The position numbers and the translations under genes are program-made. From Escherichia coli (GTDB lineage: Bacteria; Pseudomonadota; Gammaproteobacteria; Enterobacterales; Enterobacteriaceae), in NCBI RefSeq assembly GCF_048403405.1, contig NZ_CP183129.1: DNA of 64,000 nt. One strand, given 5' to 3'. Under the pieces are notes generated by a model that made no database searches, was not told the DNA's origin, and saw nothing but the letters and a program-made list of their open reading frames with translations. Numbering within the stretch: position 1 is the first letter of the stretch; each line of letters starts with the position of its first letter. Of this stretch, positions 11,212 to 23,538 are shown one piece after another.

Positions 11212-12884
11212 TGGCTGCGCAAGGGTTCTTACTGATTGCCACGTTTTTACTGGTGTTAATGGTGCTGGCGCGTCCTTTAGGCAGCGGGCTGGCGCGGCTG
11301 ATTAACGACATACCTCTTCCCGGTACAGCGGGCGTTGAACGTATACTCTTTCGTTTACCTGGCGTCTCTGACAGTGAGATGAACTGGAAGCAGTATCTCT
11401 CTGCCATTCTCGGCCTGAACATGCTGGGGCTGGCGGTGCTGTTTTTTATGTTGCTCGGTCAGCACTATCTGCCGCTTAATCCACAGCAGTTGCCAGGGCT
11501 GTCGTGGGATCTGGCGCTGAATACCGCCGTCAGCTTTGTCACCAATACCAACTGGCAATCTTATAGCGGTGAAACCACGTTGAGCTATTTCAGCCAGATG
11601 GCGGGCTTAACGGTACAAAACTTTCTTTCTGCCGCCAGCGGGATTGCGGTGATTTTTGCCCTCATTCGTGCGTTTACCCGCCAGAGCATGAGCACACTCG
11701 GGAATGCCTGGGTCGATCTGTTACGTATCACGTTATGGGTGCTAGTCCCTGTGGCGTTGTTGATCGCACTGTTTTTTATTCAACAAGGTGCACTGCAAAA
11801 CTTTCTGCCCTATCAGGCGGTGAATACCGTTGAAGGAGCGAAACAGCTGTTACCCATGGGTCCGGTGGCTTCTCAGGAAGCGATAAAGATGCTCGGCACT
11901 AACGGCGGTGGCTTCTTTAATGCCAACTCGTCGCATCCGTTTGAAAACCCAACCGCACTGACCAACTTCGTGCAGATGCTGGCGATCTTCTTGATCCCAA
12001 CGGCACTGTGCTTTGCCTTTGGCGAAGTGGCGGGCGATCGCCGTCAGGGGCGCATGTTGCTGTGGGCGATGTCAGTGATTTTTGTCATCTGCGTAGGCGT
12101 GGTGATGTGGGCAGAAGTTCAGGGTAATCCTCATCTGCTGGCGCTGGGTGCGGACAGCAGCATCAATATGGAAGGTAAAGAGAGCCGTTTCGGCGTGCTG
12201 GTCAGTAGCCTGTTTGCGGTCGTGACTACGGCGGCTTCCTGCGGCGCGGTGATTGCGATGCATGATTCGTTTACCGCCCCCGGTGGCATGGTGCCGATGT
12301 GGCTGATGCAAATTGGTGAAGTGGTATTCGGCGGTGTCGGTTCTGGTCTTTACGGCATGATGCTGTTTGTCCTGCTGGCGGTGTTTATTGCCGGGCTGAT
12401 GATTGGTCGTACACCGGAATATCTGGGTAAAAAAATCGACGTACGCGAGATGAAACTGACCGCACTGGCGATTCTGGTCACCCCGACGCTGGTGCTGATG
12501 GGCGCGGCGCTGGCAATGATGACCGACGCCGGACGTAGCGCCATGCTCAACCCGGGCCCGCATGGTTTTAGCGAAGTGCTGTACGCCGTGTCGTCCGCCG
12601 CTAACAACAACGGCAGCGCCTTTGCCGGATTAAGCGCCAACTCCCCATTCTGGAACTGTTTGCTGGCGTTCTGCATGTTTGTTGGTCGCTTCGGGGTGAT
12701 TATCCCGGTGATGGCAATTGCCGGTTCGTTGGTGAGTAAAAAGAGCCAACCCGCCAGCTCCGGCACGCTGCCAACGCACGGCCCGCTGTTTGTTGGCCTG
12801 TTAATCGGCACCGTGTTGCTGGTTGGCGCACTGACCTTTATCCCTGCCCTGGCGCTTGGTCCGGTGGCGGAATATCTCTCCTGA
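11211..12884 (+). CDS. kdpA: K+-transporting ATPase subunit A
   Basis: True start is the ATG at 11211 ([24 protein letters not shown]...), giving 557 aa. The track ORF from 11067 is an in-frame upstream extension spanning kdpF. Confidence 0.95.
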   Translation: MAAQGFLLIATFLLVLMVLARPLGSGLARLINDIPLPGTAGVERILFRLPGVSDSEMNWKQYLSAILGLNMLGLAVLFFMLLGQHYLPLNPQQLPGLSWDLALNTAVSFVTNTNWQSYSGETTLSYFSQMAGLTVQNFLSAASGIAVIFALIRAFTRQSMSTLGNAWVDLLRITLWVLVPVALLIALFFIQQGALQNFLPYQAVNTVEGAKQLLPMGPVASQEAIKMLGTNGGGFFNANSSHPFENPTALTNFVQMLAIFLIPTALCFAFGEVAGDRRQGRMLLWAMSVIFVICVGVVMWAEVQGNPHLLALGADSSINMEGKESRFGVLVSSLFAVVTTAASCGAVIAMHDSFTAPGGMVPMWLMQIGEVVFGGVGSGLYGMMLFVLLAVFIAGLMIGRTPEYLGKKIDVREMKLTALAILVTPTLVLMGAALAMMTDAGRSAMLNPGPHGFSEVLYAVSSAANNNGSAFAGLSANSPFWNCLLAFCMFVGRFGVIIPVMAIAGSLVSKKSQPASSGTLPTHGPLFVGLLIGTVLLVGALTFIPALALGPVAEYLS

Positions 12885-12906
12885 TGATATTGAGTGAGCA
12901 CTGAAT

Positions 12907-14955
12907 ATGAGTCGTAAACAACTGGCGCTATTCGAACCAACACTTGTCGTTCAGGCGCTGAAAGAAGCGGTGAAAAAATTAAACCCGCAGGCGCAATGGC
13001 GCAATCCGGTGATGTTTATCGTCTGGATCGGCAGTCTGCTGACCACCTGTATTAGCATCGCGATGGCAAGCGGTGCGATGCCTGGCAATGCGCTGTTTAG
13101 CGCGGCCATTAGCGGCTGGCTGTGGATCACCGTACTGTTCGCTAATTTCGCCGAGGCGCTGGCAGAAGGCCGCAGTAAAGCGCAGGCCAACAGCCTGAAA
13201 GGGGTGAAAAAAACTGCCTTTGCCCGCAAGCTGTGTGAGCCGAAATATGGCGCTGCGGCGGACAAAGTTCCCGCCGATCAACTGCGTAAAGGCGATATCG
13301 TACTGGTAGAAGCTGGCGATATTATCCCCTGCGATGGTGAAGTCATTGAAGGGGGCGCATCGGTCGATGAAAGCGCCATCACCGGGGAATCGGCACCGGT
13401 GATCCGTGAATCCGGCGGCGATTTTGCCTCCGTCACTGGCGGCACGCGTATTCTTTCTGACTGGCTGGTGATTGAGTGCAGCGTTAACCCCGGCGAGACA
13501 TTTCTGGATAGGATGATCGCGATGGTGGAAGGCGCACAGCGACGCAAAACGCCGAACGAGATTGCCCTGACCATTCTCCTGATTGCCCTGACTATCGTCT
13601 TTTTACTGGCAACCGCCACGCTGTGGCCGTTTTCCGCGTGGGGCGGTAATGCAGTGAGTGTAACGGTACTGGTGGCGCTGCTGGTCTGTCTGATCCCAAC
13701 CACTATTGGCGGCCTGTTGTCAGCGATCGGCGTCGCCGGGATGAGTCGGATGCTGGGCGCGAATGTGATTGCCACCAGCGGACGTGCAGTTGAAGCGGCA
13801 GGTGACGTTGACGTTCTGCTACTGGATAAAACCGGCACCATCACACTCGGTAACCGTCAGGCGTCGGAGCTTATCCCCGCGCAGGGCGTGGATGAAAAAA
13901 CGCTGGCTGACGCCGCACAACTGGCTTCACTGGCTGATGAAACGCCGGAAGGCCGCAGTATTGTGATCCTCGCCAAGCAGCGTTTTAACCTGCGCGAGCG
14001 CGATGTGCAGTCGCTCCATGCCACCTTTGTACCGTTTACTGCGCAAAGCCGGATGAGCGGGATCAACATCGACAACCGCATGATCCGTAAAGGTTCTGTC
14101 GATGCCATTCGCCGCCATGTTGAGGCTAACGGCGGTCACTTCCCTGCCGATGTCGATCAAAAAGTCGATCAGGTTGCGCGTCAGGGAGCCACGCCGCTGG
14201 TAGTAGTAGAAGGCTCCCATGTGCTTGGCGTTATTGCGCTGAAAGATATCGTCAAAGGCGGTATTAAAGAGCGCTTCGCCCAGCTGCGCAAAATGGGCAT
14301 TAAAACGGTGATGATTACCGGCGATAACCGTCTGACTGCCGCCGCGATAGCTGCGGAAGCGGGTGTCGATGATTTTCTCGCCGAAGCGACACCGGAGGCC
14401 AAGCTGGCATTGATTCGTCAGTATCAGGCGGAAGGCCGTTTGGTGGCGATGACCGGCGACGGCACCAACGATGCTCCGGCGCTGGCGCAGGCAGATGTCG
14501 CGGTGGCGATGAACTCTGGTACTCAGGCGGCGAAAGAAGCGGGCAATATGGTGGATCTCGACTCTAACCCGACCAAGTTGATCGAGGTGGTACATATTGG
14601 CAAACAGATGCTGATGACCCGTGGCTCGCTGACCACCTTCAGCATTGCCAACGATGTGGCGAAATACTTCGCCATTATTCCGGCGGCGTTCGCGGCAACG
14701 TATCCACAGTTAAATGCGCTGAACATCATGCGCCTGCATTCGCCCGACTCCGCCATTCTCAGTGCGGTCATTTTCAACGCCTTGATTATCGTCTTTTTGA
14801 TTCCCCTGGCGTTAAAAGGCGTGAGTTATAAACCGCTTACCGCTTCTGCCATGTTGCGCCGTAACTTATGGATTTACGGTCTGGGTGGGCTGCTGGTGCC
14901 GTTTATTGGTATCAAAGTCATTGATTTACTGCTGACCGTTTGCGGTCTGGTGTGA
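12907..14955 (+). CDS. kdpB: K+-transporting P-type ATPase subunit B
   Basis: 682 aa with the P-type phosphorylation motif DKTGTIT ([12 protein letters not shown]) and the [11 protein letters not shown] hinge motif. Confidence 0.95.
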   Translation: MSRKQLALFEPTLVVQALKEAVKKLNPQAQWRNPVMFIVWIGSLLTTCISIAMASGAMPGNALFSAAISGWLWITVLFANFAEALAEGRSKAQANSLKGVKKTAFARKLCEPKYGAAADKVPADQLRKGDIVLVEAGDIIPCDGEVIEGGASVDESAITGESAPVIRESGGDFASVTGGTRILSDWLVIECSVNPGETFLDRMIAMVEGAQRRKTPNEIALTILLIALTIVFLLATATLWPFSAWGGNAVSVTVLVALLVCLIPTTIGGLLSAIGVAGMSRMLGANVIATSGRAVEAAGDVDVLLLDKTGTITLGNRQASELIPAQGVDEKTLADAAQLASLADETPEGRSIVILAKQRFNLRERDVQSLHATFVPFTAQSRMSGINIDNRMIRKGSVDAIRRHVEANGGHFPADVDQKVDQVARQGATPLVVVEGSHVLGVIALKDIVKGGIKERFAQLRKMGIKTVMITGDNRLTAAAIAAEAGVDDFLAEATPEAKLALIRQYQAEGRLVAMTGDGTNDAPALAQADVAVAMNSGTQAAKEAGNMVDLDSNPTKLIEVVHIGKQMLMTRGSLTTFSIANDVAKYFAIIPAAFAATYPQLNALNIMRLHSPDSAILSAVIFNALIIVFLIPLALKGVSYKPLTASAMLRRNLWIYGLGGLLVPFIGIKVIDLLLTVCGLV

Positions 14956-14963
14956 GGTTTACC

Positions 14964-15536
14964 ATGAGTGGATTACGTCCGGCATTATCAACATTTATCT
15001 TTCTGTTATTGATCACTGGCGGCGTTTACCCGCTGCTGACCACCGTGCTGGGGCAATGGTGGTTTCCCTGGCAGGCCAACGGTTCGTTGATTCGTGAAGG
15101 TGATACGGTGCGCGGTTCGGCATTAATCGGGCAGAATTTTACCGGCAACGGCTATTTTCATGGTCGCCCGTCGGCAACGGCAGAAATACCCTATAATCCA
15201 CAGGCTTCTGGCGGGAGCAATCTGGCGGTCAGTAACCCTGAGCTGGATAAACTAATAGCCGCACGCGTTGCTGCATTACGGGCCGCTAACCCGGATGCCA
15301 GCGCGAGCGTTCCGGTTGAACTGGTGACGGCATCGGCAAGCGGGCTGGACAATAATATCACCCCGCAAGCGGCGGCATGGCAGATCCCACGCGTGGCGAA
15401 AGCGCGTAATCTCAGCGTTGAACAGCTCACGCAACTGATCGCAAAATACAGCCAACAACCGCTGGTGAAATATATCGGCCAGCCGGTCGTCAACATTGTC
15501 GAACTCAATCTGGCGCTGGATAAGCTTGATGAATAA
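14964..15536 (+). CDS. kdpC: K+-transporting ATPase subunit C
   Basis: Start set at internal ATG ([25 protein letters not shown]...), giving 190 aa; the track ORF begins 8 codons upstream and overlaps the kdpB 3' end. Confidence 0.9.
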   Translation: MSGLRPALSTFIFLLLITGGVYPLLTTVLGQWWFPWQANGSLIREGDTVRGSALIGQNFTGNGYFHGRPSATAEIPYNPQASGGSNLAVSNPELDKLIAARVAALRAANPDASASVPVELVTASASGLDNNITPQAAAWQIPRVAKARNLSVEQLTQLIAKYSQQPLVKYIGQPVVNIVELNLALDKLDE

Positions 15537-18213
15537 CGAACCCTTACGTCCCGACCCCGATCGTCTGCTGGAACAAACTGCCGCGCCGCATCGGGGGAAG
15601 CTGAAAGTTTTCTTCGGTGCCTGCGCAGGCGTCGGGAAGACCTGGGCGATGCTGGCAGAAGCCCAGCGACTGCGGGCGCAAGGGCTGGATATTGTGGTTG
15701 GCGTGGTAGAAACCCACGGGCGGAAAGATACCGCCGCAATGCTGGAAGGGCTGGCTGTTCTGCCGTTAAAACGCCAGGCGTACCGTGGGCGGCACATCAG
15801 CGAGTTTGATCTCGATGCCGCCCTCGCCCGCCGTCCGGCACTGATCTTAATGGACGAACTGGCGCACAGTAATGCGCCAGGTTCTCGTCATCCCAAACGC
15901 TGGCAGGATATTGAAGAGTTGCTGGAAGCTGGCATTGATGTTTTCACTACCGTCAACGTTCAACATCTGGAAAGTCTGAATGATGTGGTCAGCGGCGTCA
16001 CCGGAATTCAGGTACGAGAAACCGTGCCCGATCCTTTTTTCGATGCCGCCGACGACGTGGTGCTGGTGGACTTGCCCCCGGACGATCTGCGCCAGCGGCT
16101 GAAAGAAGGCAAAGTCTATATTGCCGGGCAGGCGGAGCGCGCCATTGAACATTTTTTCCGCAAAGGCAATCTGATCGCCCTGCGCGAACTGGCACTGCGC
16201 CGTACTGCCGATCGCGTAGATGAGCAAATGCGCGCCTGGCGGGGGCATCCTGGCGAAGAGAAAGTCTGGCACACGCGCGACGCGATCCTTTTATGCATCG
16301 GGCATAACACCGGCAGCGAAAAACTGGTCCGCGCGGCGGCGCGGCTGGCGTCACGGCTGGGAAGCGTCTGGCACGCGGTGTATGTTGAAACCCCTGCCCT
16401 GCACCGCTTACCGGAGAAAAAACGTCGGGCAATTCTCAGCGCCTTACGTCTGGCGCAGGAGCTGGGCGCGGAGACGGCAACACTTTCTGATCCAGCGGAA
16501 GAGAAAGCGGTAGTGCGTTATGCCCGTGAACATAATCTCGGCAAGATTATTCTCGGTCGCCCGGCCTCGCGCCGCTGGTGGCGTCGGGAAACGTTTGCTG
16601 ACCGACTGGCGCGAATCGCCCCCGATCTCGATCAGGTGCTGGTCGCGCTTGATGAACCACCCGCCCGCACGATAAACAACGCGCCGGATAGCCGCTCTTT
16701 TAAAGACAAGTGGCGGGTACAGATTCAGGGATGCGTGGTTGCCGCCGCGTTATGCGCCGTTATCACCTTAATTGCCATGCAGTGGCTGATGGCGTTTGAT
16801 GCCGCCAACCTGGTGATGCTGTATCTGCTTGGCGTGGTGGTGGTGGCGCTATTTTATGGACGCTGGCCTTCGGTGGTTGCCACCGTTATTAATGTGGTGA
16901 GTTTCGATCTCTTTTTTATCGCCCCACGCGGCACGCTCGCCGTCTCTGATGTGCAATATCTGCTGACCTTCGCGGTGATGTTAACCGTCGGGCTGGTGAT
17001 CGGGAACCTTACTGCGGGTGTGCGTTATCAGGCGCGGGTAGCCCGTTACCGCGAGCAACGCACACGGCACTTATATGAAATGTCGAAAGCTCTGGCTGTG
17101 GGCCGCAGTCCGCAGGACATCGCCGCCACCAGCGAACAATTTATTGCCTCCACGTTTCATGCCCGCAGTCAGGTGTTGTTGCCCGATGACAACGGTAAAT
17201 TGCAGCCGTTAACACATCCGCAAGGAATGACGCCGTGGGACGATGCCATCGCGCAGTGGAGTTTTGATAAAGGCCTGCCTGCGGGCGCGGGCACCGACAC
17301 GTTACCCGGTGTACCGTACCAGATTCTGCCGTTAAAAAGCGGCGAGAAAACCTACGGACTGGTGGTGGTAGAACCGGGGAATCTGCGTCAGTTGATGATC
17401 CCGGAACAGCAGCGCCTGCTGGAGACATTTACGCTGTTAGTCGCCAATGCGCTTGAGCGGCTGACGCTGACCGCCAGCGAAGAACAGGCGCGGATGGCAA
17501 GCGAACGAGAACAGATCCGCAACGCCCTGCTGGCGGCGCTTTCGCATGATTTACGCACGCCGCTTACGGTGCTGTTCGGTCAGGCAGAAATCTTAACGCT
17601 CGATCTGGCAAGCGAAGGATCGCCTCACGCCCGCCAGGCCAGCGAGATTCGCCAGCATGTGCTGAACACGACCCGACTGGTGAATAATCTACTGGATATG
17701 GCGCGAATTCAGTCCGGCGGCTTTAATTTGAAGAAAGAGTGGTTAACGCTGGAAGAAGTGGTCGGCAGCGCGCTGCAAATGCTGGAACCGGGTTTATCGT
17801 CGCCCATCAATCTTTCTCTGCCAGAACCGCTGACCTTAATCCACGTTGACGGGCCGCTCTTTGAACGGGTGCTGATTAATCTGCTGGAGAACGCGGTGAA
17901 ATACGCGGGGGCGCAGGCCGAAATTGGTATCGATGCCCACGTTGAGGGCGAGAAGCTACAACTGGATGTCTGGGATAACGGCCCCGGTCTTCCGCCAGGC
18001 CAGGAGCAGACGATATTTGATAAGTTTGCTCGCGGGAATAAAGAGTCGGCGGTACCGGGTGTCGGGCTTGGGCTGGCAATTTGTCGGGCGATTGTGGATG
18101 TACACGGCGGCACCATTACCGCGTTCAACCGACCGGAAGGTGGTGCCTGTTTTCGTGTTACACTTCCCCAGCAAACTGCCCCTGAACTTGAAGAATTTCA
18201 TGAGGATATGTGA
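15529..18213 (+). CDS. kdpD: Sensor histidine kinase KdpD
   Basis: Start set at [16 protein letters not shown] (894 aa). Contains the Walker-type N-terminal domain (GACAGVGKT), membrane segments and the H-box [12 protein letters not shown]. Confidence 0.95.
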   Translation: MNNEPLRPDPDRLLEQTAAPHRGKLKVFFGACAGVGKTWAMLAEAQRLRAQGLDIVVGVVETHGRKDTAAMLEGLAVLPLKRQAYRGRHISEFDLDAALARRPALILMDELAHSNAPGSRHPKRWQDIEELLEAGIDVFTTVNVQHLESLNDVVSGVTGIQVRETVPDPFFDAADDVVLVDLPPDDLRQRLKEGKVYIAGQAERAIEHFFRKGNLIALRELALRRTADRVDEQMRAWRGHPGEEKVWHTRDAILLCIGHNTGSEKLVRAAARLASRLGSVWHAVYVETPALHRLPEKKRRAILSALRLAQELGAETATLSDPAEEKAVVRYAREHNLGKIILGRPASRRWWRRETFADRLARIAPDLDQVLVALDEPPARTINNAPDSRSFKDKWRVQIQGCVVAAALCAVITLIAMQWLMAFDAANLVMLYLLGVVVVALFYGRWPSVVATVINVVSFDLFFIAPRGTLAVSDVQYLLTFAVMLTVGLVIGNLTAGVRYQARVARYREQRTRHLYEMSKALAVGRSPQDIAATSEQFIASTFHARSQVLLPDDNGKLQPLTHPQGMTPWDDAIAQWSFDKGLPAGAGTDTLPGVPYQILPLKSGEKTYGLVVVEPGNLRQLMIPEQQRLLETFTLLVANALERLTLTASEEQARMASEREQIRNALLAALSHDLRTPLTVLFGQAEILTLDLASEGSPHARQASEIRQHVLNTTRLVNNLLDMARIQSGGFNLKKEWLTLEEVVGSALQMLEPGLSSPINLSLPEPLTLIHVDGPLFERVLINLLENAVKYAGAQAEIGIDAHVEGEKLQLDVWDNGPGLPPGQEQTIFDKFARGNKESAVPGVGLGLAICRAIVDVHGGTITAFNRPEGGACFRVTLPQQTAPELEEFHEDM

Positions 18214-18887
18214 CAAACGTTCTGATTGTTGAAGATGAACAGGCTATTCGTCGCTTTCTGCGCACGGCGCTGGAGGGCGACGGTATGCGCGTCTTTGAGG
18301 CCGAAACGCTGCAACGCGGCTTGCTGGAAGCGGCAACCCGTAAGCCAGATTTGATTATTCTCGATCTCGGCCTGCCCGATGGTGATGGGATTGAGTTTAT
18401 CCGCGACCTGCGCCAGTGGAGCGCGGTGCCGGTGATTGTGCTTTCCGCACGTAGCGAAGAGAGCGATAAAATCGCCGCGCTGGATGCCGGAGCGGATGAT
18501 TACCTGAGTAAGCCATTTGGTATTGGCGAATTGCAGGCCCGTCTGCGCGTCGCTTTACGCCGCCACTCCGCCACCACCGCGCCCGATCCGCTGGTGAAAT
18601 TTTCCGATGTTACCGTCGATTTAGCGGCTCGTGTGATCCATCGCGGTGACGAAGAGGTGCATCTCACCCCGATTGAGTTCCGCCTGCTGGCGGTGCTACT
18701 TAACAATGCCGGAAAAGTACTCACCCAGCGCCAGTTACTCAATCAGGTGTGGGGACCAAACGCGGTCGAACACAGTCATTATTTGCGTATTTATATGGGG
18801 CATCTGCGACAAAAACTGGAACAGGATCCCGCCCGGCCTCGCCATTTCATTACTGAAACCGGTATTGGGTATCGGTTTATGCTTTAG
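18210..18887 (+). CDS. kdpE: Response regulator KdpE (OmpR family)
   Basis: 225 aa; GTG start overlapping the kdpD stop (GTGA), receiver domain (IILDLGLPDGDG) and winged-helix C-terminus. Confidence 0.95.
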   Translation: MTNVLIVEDEQAIRRFLRTALEGDGMRVFEAETLQRGLLEAATRKPDLIILDLGLPDGDGIEFIRDLRQWSAVPVIVLSARSEESDKIAALDAGADDYLSKPFGIGELQARLRVALRRHSATTAPDPLVKFSDVTVDLAARVIHRGDEEVHLTPIEFRLLAVLLNNAGKVLTQRQLLNQVWGPNAVEHSHYLRIYMGHLRQKLEQDPARPRHFITETGIGYRFML

Positions 18888-18894
18888 GCGGTTA

Positions 18895-18995
18895 AATGCT
18901 GGATCCGGCATGAACGCCTTATCCGGCCTACAAAATAGCGCAAATTCAATATATTGCACCATCCTCGCAGGCCTGATAAGCGTAGCGCATCAGGC
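18895..18995. repeat. REP/palindromic-unit-like elements in the kdpE-pgm intergenic region
   Basis: Imperfect palindromes ccggcatgaacgccttatccgg and gcctgataagcgtagcgcatcaggc, typical of enterobacterial REP sequences. Confidence 0.55.
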
Positions 18996-19005
18996 AGTCA
19001 TAAGT

Positions 19006-19038
19006 AAAAAAGGGCGATCTTCCGACCGCCCTTTTTCT
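19006..19038. terminator. Rho-independent terminator downstream of pgm (aaaaaagggcgatcttccgaccgccctttttctt)
   Basis: GC-rich stem gggcg...cgccc with flanking A- and T-runs, 13 bp past the pgm stop. Confidence 0.6.
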
Positions 19039-19050
19039 TATTTAATGTGT

Positions 19051-20691
19051 TTACGCGTTTTTCAGAACTTCGCTAACAATCTCGACCGCTTCTTTCTCGA
19101 TCTGCTTGCGATGCTCTTCACCGAGGAAGCTTTCGCAATAAATCTTGTACGCGTCTTCCGTGCCTGACGGACGCGCGGCGAACCAGCCGTTGTCAGTCAT
19201 CACTTTCAGACCGCCAATAGAAGCACCATTGCCCGGTGCCGCAGTCAGGCGCGCAGTGATCGGGTCACCTGCCAGGGTGCTGGCGCTCACCATTTCCGGA
19301 GACAGCTTAGACAACGCCGCTTTTTGTGCGGAAGTCGCAGCTGCCTGCAAACGGTTGTAGCTCGGCGCACCAAAGCGTTTTGCCAGTTCGTTGTAGTGTT
19401 CCTGCGGGTTCTTACCGGTGACAGCGGTGATTTCCGCCGCCAGCAGACACATAATGATGCCGTCTTTGTCGGTGGACCACGGCGTGCCGTCGAAACGCAG
19501 GAAGGAAGCCCCTGCGCTCTCTTCGCCGCCAAAGCCGAAGCTGCCATCGAACAGACCATCAACAAACCATTTGAAACCTACCGGGACTTCTACCAGCTTA
19601 CGGCCCAAGTCATTGACCACACGGTCGATCATCGCAGATGAAACCAGCGTTTTACCGACAGCAACATCTTTGCCCCACTGCGGACGATGCTGGAACAGGT
19701 AGTTGATCGCCACCGCCAGGTAGTGGTTCGGATTCATCAAACCTGCCGGAGTGACGATACCGTGACGGTCATAATCCGGGTCGTTAGCAAACGCCAGATC
19801 GAACTTATCACGCAGTGCCAGCAGGCCCGCCATCGCACACTCGGAGGAGCAGTCCATACGGATCGCACCGTCTTTATCGAGGTGCATAAAGCGGAAGGTT
19901 TGATCGACCTGATCGTTAACGATGGTCAGGTTGAGGTTGTAATACTCGCCAATGCGCTTCCAGTATTCGATACCGGAACCACCCAGCGGATCAACGCCCA
20001 GCGTCAGGCCCGCTTTCTGAATCGCCGCCATATCAACGATATCGGCCAGCCCTTCCACAAACGGCTGCACCAGATCCTGCTCTTTCACATGACCGGATGC
20101 CATCGCTTCGTCGAGGGAGATACGCTTCACGCCTTTCAGGCCATCGGCCATCAGTGCGTTGGCCCTGTCTTCCACCACTTTGGTGACGTTAGTATCAGCC
20201 GGGCCACCATTTGGCGGATTGTACTTGATACCACCATCTTCCGGCGGGTTATGGGACGGTGTAATCACGATACCGTCTGCCAGAGGGCCACCTTTTTTAT
20301 TGTGAACCAGAATGGCATTGGAAATGGCAGGTGTCGGAGTGAAGCCATTGTTTTCCTGCACAATGACATCAACGCCGTTCGCTGCCAGCACTTCCAGTAC
20401 GGAAATGAACGCAGGCTCGGACAGGGCGTGAGTATCTTTACCCACATAGCAAGGGCCAGTGATGCCGTTTTTCGCACGTTCTTCAGCAATTGCCTGAGCG
20501 ATCGCCAGAATGTGCGGCTCGTTAAAGCTGTGGCGCGCTGCACTGCCACGGTGACCGGAAGTACCGAATTTCACCGCGTGCTCCGCATTCCCTGCTTCTG
20601 GTTTCAGTACATAATATTGCGCCGTCAGTTGGGCGACGTTAATCAAATCACTCTGTTGTGCAGGTTGGCCTGCACGATTGTGGATTGCCAT
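19051..20691 (-). CDS. pgm: Phosphoglucomutase
   Basis: Start set at [22 protein letters not shown] (546 aa); active-site phosphoserine loop [14 protein letters not shown] present. The track ORF is extended 17 codons upstream. Confidence 0.95.
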   Translation of the reverse strand: MAIHNRAGQPAQQSDLINVAQLTAQYYVLKPEAGNAEHAVKFGTSGHRGSAARHSFNEPHILAIAQAIAEERAKNGITGPCYVGKDTHALSEPAFISVLEVLAANGVDVIVQENNGFTPTPAISNAILVHNKKGGPLADGIVITPSHNPPEDGGIKYNPPNGGPADTNVTKVVEDRANALMADGLKGVKRISLDEAMASGHVKEQDLVQPFVEGLADIVDMAAIQKAGLTLGVDPLGGSGIEYWKRIGEYYNLNLTIVNDQVDQTFRFMHLDKDGAIRMDCSSECAMAGLLALRDKFDLAFANDPDYDRHGIVTPAGLMNPNHYLAVAINYLFQHRPQWGKDVAVGKTLVSSAMIDRVVNDLGRKLVEVPVGFKWFVDGLFDGSFGFGGEESAGASFLRFDGTPWSTDKDGIIMCLLAAEITAVTGKNPQEHYNELAKRFGAPSYNRLQAAATSAQKAALSKLSPEMVSASTLAGDPITARLTAAPGNGASIGGLKVMTDNGWFAARPSGTEDAYKIYCESFLGEEHRKQIEKEAVEIVSEVLKNA

Positions 20692-20716
20692 TGCTTTGTC
20701 CTTTGTCTGCAACGTT

Positions 20717-21262
20717 TTAGATAGTTCCGCAAACCTTCTCAATCAATTCCGCCGGGAATTGCATCGACTGCATGATGTGTTCGATCATGCTGCATTTACG
20801 GCCGGTGTTGGTGTTGGTGATCACCCAATACGGCGTGCCAGGCACATGTTTCGGCTTGGTCTGATTACCATTTTTCAGCAGCGTTTGTTCATCTGCCGCA
20901 AAGTAAACGCGTGTACGACCGTGCAACGATTCCGTTGCCTCGGCAAACGCCTGGGCGTCAAGAGAATATAGTGTAGACAACAGCAGCATGAAGCGATTGA
21001 CCGCTCGCTTTTGCTCTGCGTATTCGTCCGAAAGCAGAAGTTCACGCATTGCGCGAACCTTGTCTTTAATCGTTTTGACCGGCTTCGCTTCGACGATAGC
21101 AGGTGACGCAACGCGAACCTCTTTCGTCACCGGAGCAGCAGGCTGTGATGCGGCGGAAAATTTCAACATACGCCGTAAAATGTCGGATGCGCTCTCGCCG
21201 ATATGCTTAGTGTGGCTGGCAATATAGCTGTAGAGTTCATCATCAACTTCAATCGTTTTCAT
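20717..21262 (-). CDS. seqA: Negative regulator of replication initiation SeqA
   Basis: Start set at [33 protein letters not shown] (181 aa); the track ORF has a 45-codon upstream extension. Confidence 0.93.
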
Positions 21263-21446
21263 CTTAATCCAGTGCAGTGTCTTAGCTGAATACAAGTCGC
21301 CAGGAGTATATGAATAAATCCCGGCAGCGGATAGCGTCAAGCCTGGCTTGCAGAAAAACTCGGAATAAACCTTATTTGTTGCAGCCCTGTGGCACAATGG
21401 TCAACATAATACCCTAACCCGACAACGCGAAAAAAAGAACTTTGCC

Positions 21447-22211
21447 ATGAAATTGAATATCCGCGCGCAAACTGCACAAAACCAGCACAATAATTCTCCC
21501 ATCGTTCTTGTCCACGGTCTGTTTGGCAGCCTCGACAACCTTGGCGTACTGGCTCGCGATCTGGTAAACGATCACAATATCATCCAGGTTGATATGCGTA
21601 ACCACGGTCTTTCACCGAGAGATCCGGTGATGAATTACCCGTCGATGGCGCAGGATCTTGTTGATACCCTGGATGCACTGCAGATCGATAAAGCAACATT
21701 TATCGGTCACTCCATGGGCGGTAAAGCGGTAATGGCACTTACTGCACTGGCCCCCGATCGCATCGATAAACTGGTGGCGATTGACATCGCGCCGGTCGAC
21801 TATCACGTACGCCGTCATGATGAGATTTTCGCGGCCATCAACGCAGTCAGTGAATCGGACGCACAAACTCGCCAGCAAGCAGCAGCAATAATGCGCCAGC
21901 ATCTTAATGAAGAAGGGGTGATTCAGTTTCTGTTGAAATCTCTTGTTGACGGGGAGTGGCGCTTTAACGTGCCGGTATTGTGGGATCAGTATCCGCATAT
22001 TGTGGGTTGGGAGAAAATCCCGGCATGGGATCACCCTGCCCTGTTTATCCCTGGCGGCAATTCTCCGTATGTTAGCGAGCAGTACCGTGATGATTTACTG
22101 GCACAATTTCCACAGGCACGGGCGCATGTGATTGCAGGCGCGGGTCACTGGGTCCATGCTGAAAAACCGGATGCGGTATTACGCGCTATCCGTCGCTATC
22201 TCAATGATTAA
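21447..22211 (+). CDS. ybfF: Alpha/beta-hydrolase-fold esterase YbfF
   Basis: 254 aa with GHSMGG nucleophile-elbow motif (FIGHSMGGKAV). Confidence 0.9.
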   Translation: MKLNIRAQTAQNQHNNSPIVLVHGLFGSLDNLGVLARDLVNDHNIIQVDMRNHGLSPRDPVMNYPSMAQDLVDTLDALQIDKATFIGHSMGGKAVMALTALAPDRIDKLVAIDIAPVDYHVRRHDEIFAAINAVSESDAQTRQQAAAIMRQHLNEEGVIQFLLKSLVDGEWRFNVPVLWDQYPHIVGWEKIPAWDHPALFIPGGNSPYVSEQYRDDLLAQFPQARAHVIAGAGHWVHAEKPDAVLRAIRRYLND

Positions 22212-22215
22212 CGCA

Positions 22216-22231
22216 ACTGATTAAAAACCCA
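22216..22231 (+). promoter_or_regulatory. Possible LexA box (ctgattaaaaacccag) upstream of ybfE - tentative
   Basis: CTG-N10-CAG spacing read in sequence, about 120 bp upstream of ybfE, which I recall as LexA-regulated. The match to the CTGT-N8-ACAG consensus is imperfect. Confidence 0.2.
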
Positions 22232-22350
22232 GCGTCCGCGTCGCTTTCCGCGCGTGGGCGTTGGCGTGACTCATCGCGCTGATGTATTATGGCGCGCTAT
22301 CCATCCGGGCAGAGGCCTGGCTGATTGTTTCCCCCGAAGTCACCAAAATC

Positions 22351-22644
22351 ATGGCCAAAGAACAAACGGACCGTACGACATTAGATCTGTTCGCGCACGA
22401 GCGTCGACCGGGACGACCGAAAACTAATCCGCTTTCGCGCGATGAACAGCTGCGTATTAATAAACGCAACCAGCTAAAACGCGACAAAGTACGTGGCCTT
22501 AAGCGTGTCGAACTGAAGCTGAACGCGGAAGCTGTCGAGGCGCTGAACGAGCTGGCGGAATCGCGCAATATGAGCCGTAGCGAACTGATCGAAGAGATGT
22601 TAATGCAGCAACTGGCGGCGCTGCGTAGTCAGGGCATCGTTTAA
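22351..22644 (+). CDS. ybfE: LexA-regulated small protein YbfE
   Basis: Start set at [46 protein letters not shown] (97 aa); the track ORF is extended upstream. Confidence 0.8.
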   Translation: MAKEQTDRTTLDLFAHERRPGRPKTNPLSRDEQLRINKRNQLKRDKVRGLKRVELKLNAEAVEALNELAESRNMSRSELIEEMLMQQLAALRSQGIV

Positions 22645-22783
22645 ATTTCCACTTTCATGTAGCACAGTGTGCAGTCCTGCTCGTTTGCTGATTCCGCAAG
22701 ACTGCCTGTTCTGCTATGATTGCCTTTATCCGTGGGCAATTTTCCACCCCCATTTCAATAAGTTTCAAGAGGTTATTTCACTC

Positions 22784-23314
22784 ATGGCTATCACTGGCAT
22801 CTTTTTCGGCAGCGACACCGGTAATACCGAAAATATCGCAAAAATGATTCAAAAACAGCTTGGTAAAGACGTTGCCGATGTCCATGACATTGCAAAAAGC
22901 AGCAAAGAAGATCTGGAAGCATATGACATTCTGCTGCTGGGCATCCCAACCTGGTATTACGGCGAAGCGCAGTGTGACTGGGATGACTTCTTTCCGACTC
23001 TCGAAGAGATTGATTTCAATGGCAAACTGGTTGCGCTGTTTGGTTGTGGTGACCAGGAAGATTACGCTGAATACTTCTGTGACGCATTGGGCACCATCCG
23101 CGACATCATTGAACCGCGCGGTGCAACCATTGTTGGTCACTGGCCAACTGCGGGCTATCATTTCGAAGCATCAAAAGGTCTGGCTGATGACGACCACTTT
23201 GTCGGTCTGGCTATCGACGAAGACCGTCAGCCGGAACTGACCGCTGAACGTGTAGAAAAATGGGTTAAACAGATTTCTGAAGAGTTGCATCTCGACGAAA
23301 TTCTCAATGCCTGA
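22784..23314 (+). CDS. fldA: Flavodoxin 1
   Basis: Start set at [27 protein letters not shown] (176 aa), with the flavodoxin FMN-binding T/SxTGxT loop. The track ORF is a 39-codon upstream extension. Confidence 0.95.
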
Positions 23315-23330
23315 TGTGATGCGGCGTAGA

Positions 23331-23360
23331 CTCATGTCTACGCCGTATTAATAGATAATG
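23331..23360 (+). terminator. Hairpin downstream of fldA (ggcgtagactcatgtctacgcc)
   Basis: Perfect inverted repeat read in sequence; the T-tract is weak, so it may act as a stabilising stem-loop or partial terminator. Confidence 0.4.
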
Positions 23361-23519
23361 CCAATCAAAATAATTGCTACAAATTTGTAACTTTTGCTGT
23401 TGTACCTGTACAATGTCCCGGTGTTCAAGTGGCCTTGCCGTTGTAAATGTAAGCAGTGCCACGTTTTTATTAACAATATTTGCCAGGGACTTGTGGTTTT
23501 CATTTAGGCGTGGCAATTC

Positions 23520-23538
23520 TATAATGATACGCATTATC
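23520..23538 (+). promoter_or_regulatory. Fur box (tataatgatacgcattatc) in the uof/fur promoter
   Basis: 19-bp match to the Fur-box consensus GATAATGATAATCATTATC, overlapping the uof start codon. Confidence 0.75.

Noticed and set aside
12072-14595. Several minus-strand ORFs of 100-220 aa inside kdpA/kdpB
   Set aside because: Antisense shadows within the kdp operon genes.
18646-19167. 173-aa + strand ORF spanning the kdpE 3' end, the REP spacer and the pgm 3' end
   Set aside because: Crosses two verified genes and an intergenic terminator; no coding signature.
19687-20724. 345-aa + strand ORF
   Set aside because: Antisense to pgm; no recognisable domain, and the pgm frame is unambiguous.
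22290-22305. Second candidate LexA-like site ctgatgtattatggcg upstream of ybfE
   Set aside because: Has the 5' CTG half but lacks the 3' CAG half-site; the weaker CTG-N10-CAG site at 22216..22231 is kept only as tentative.
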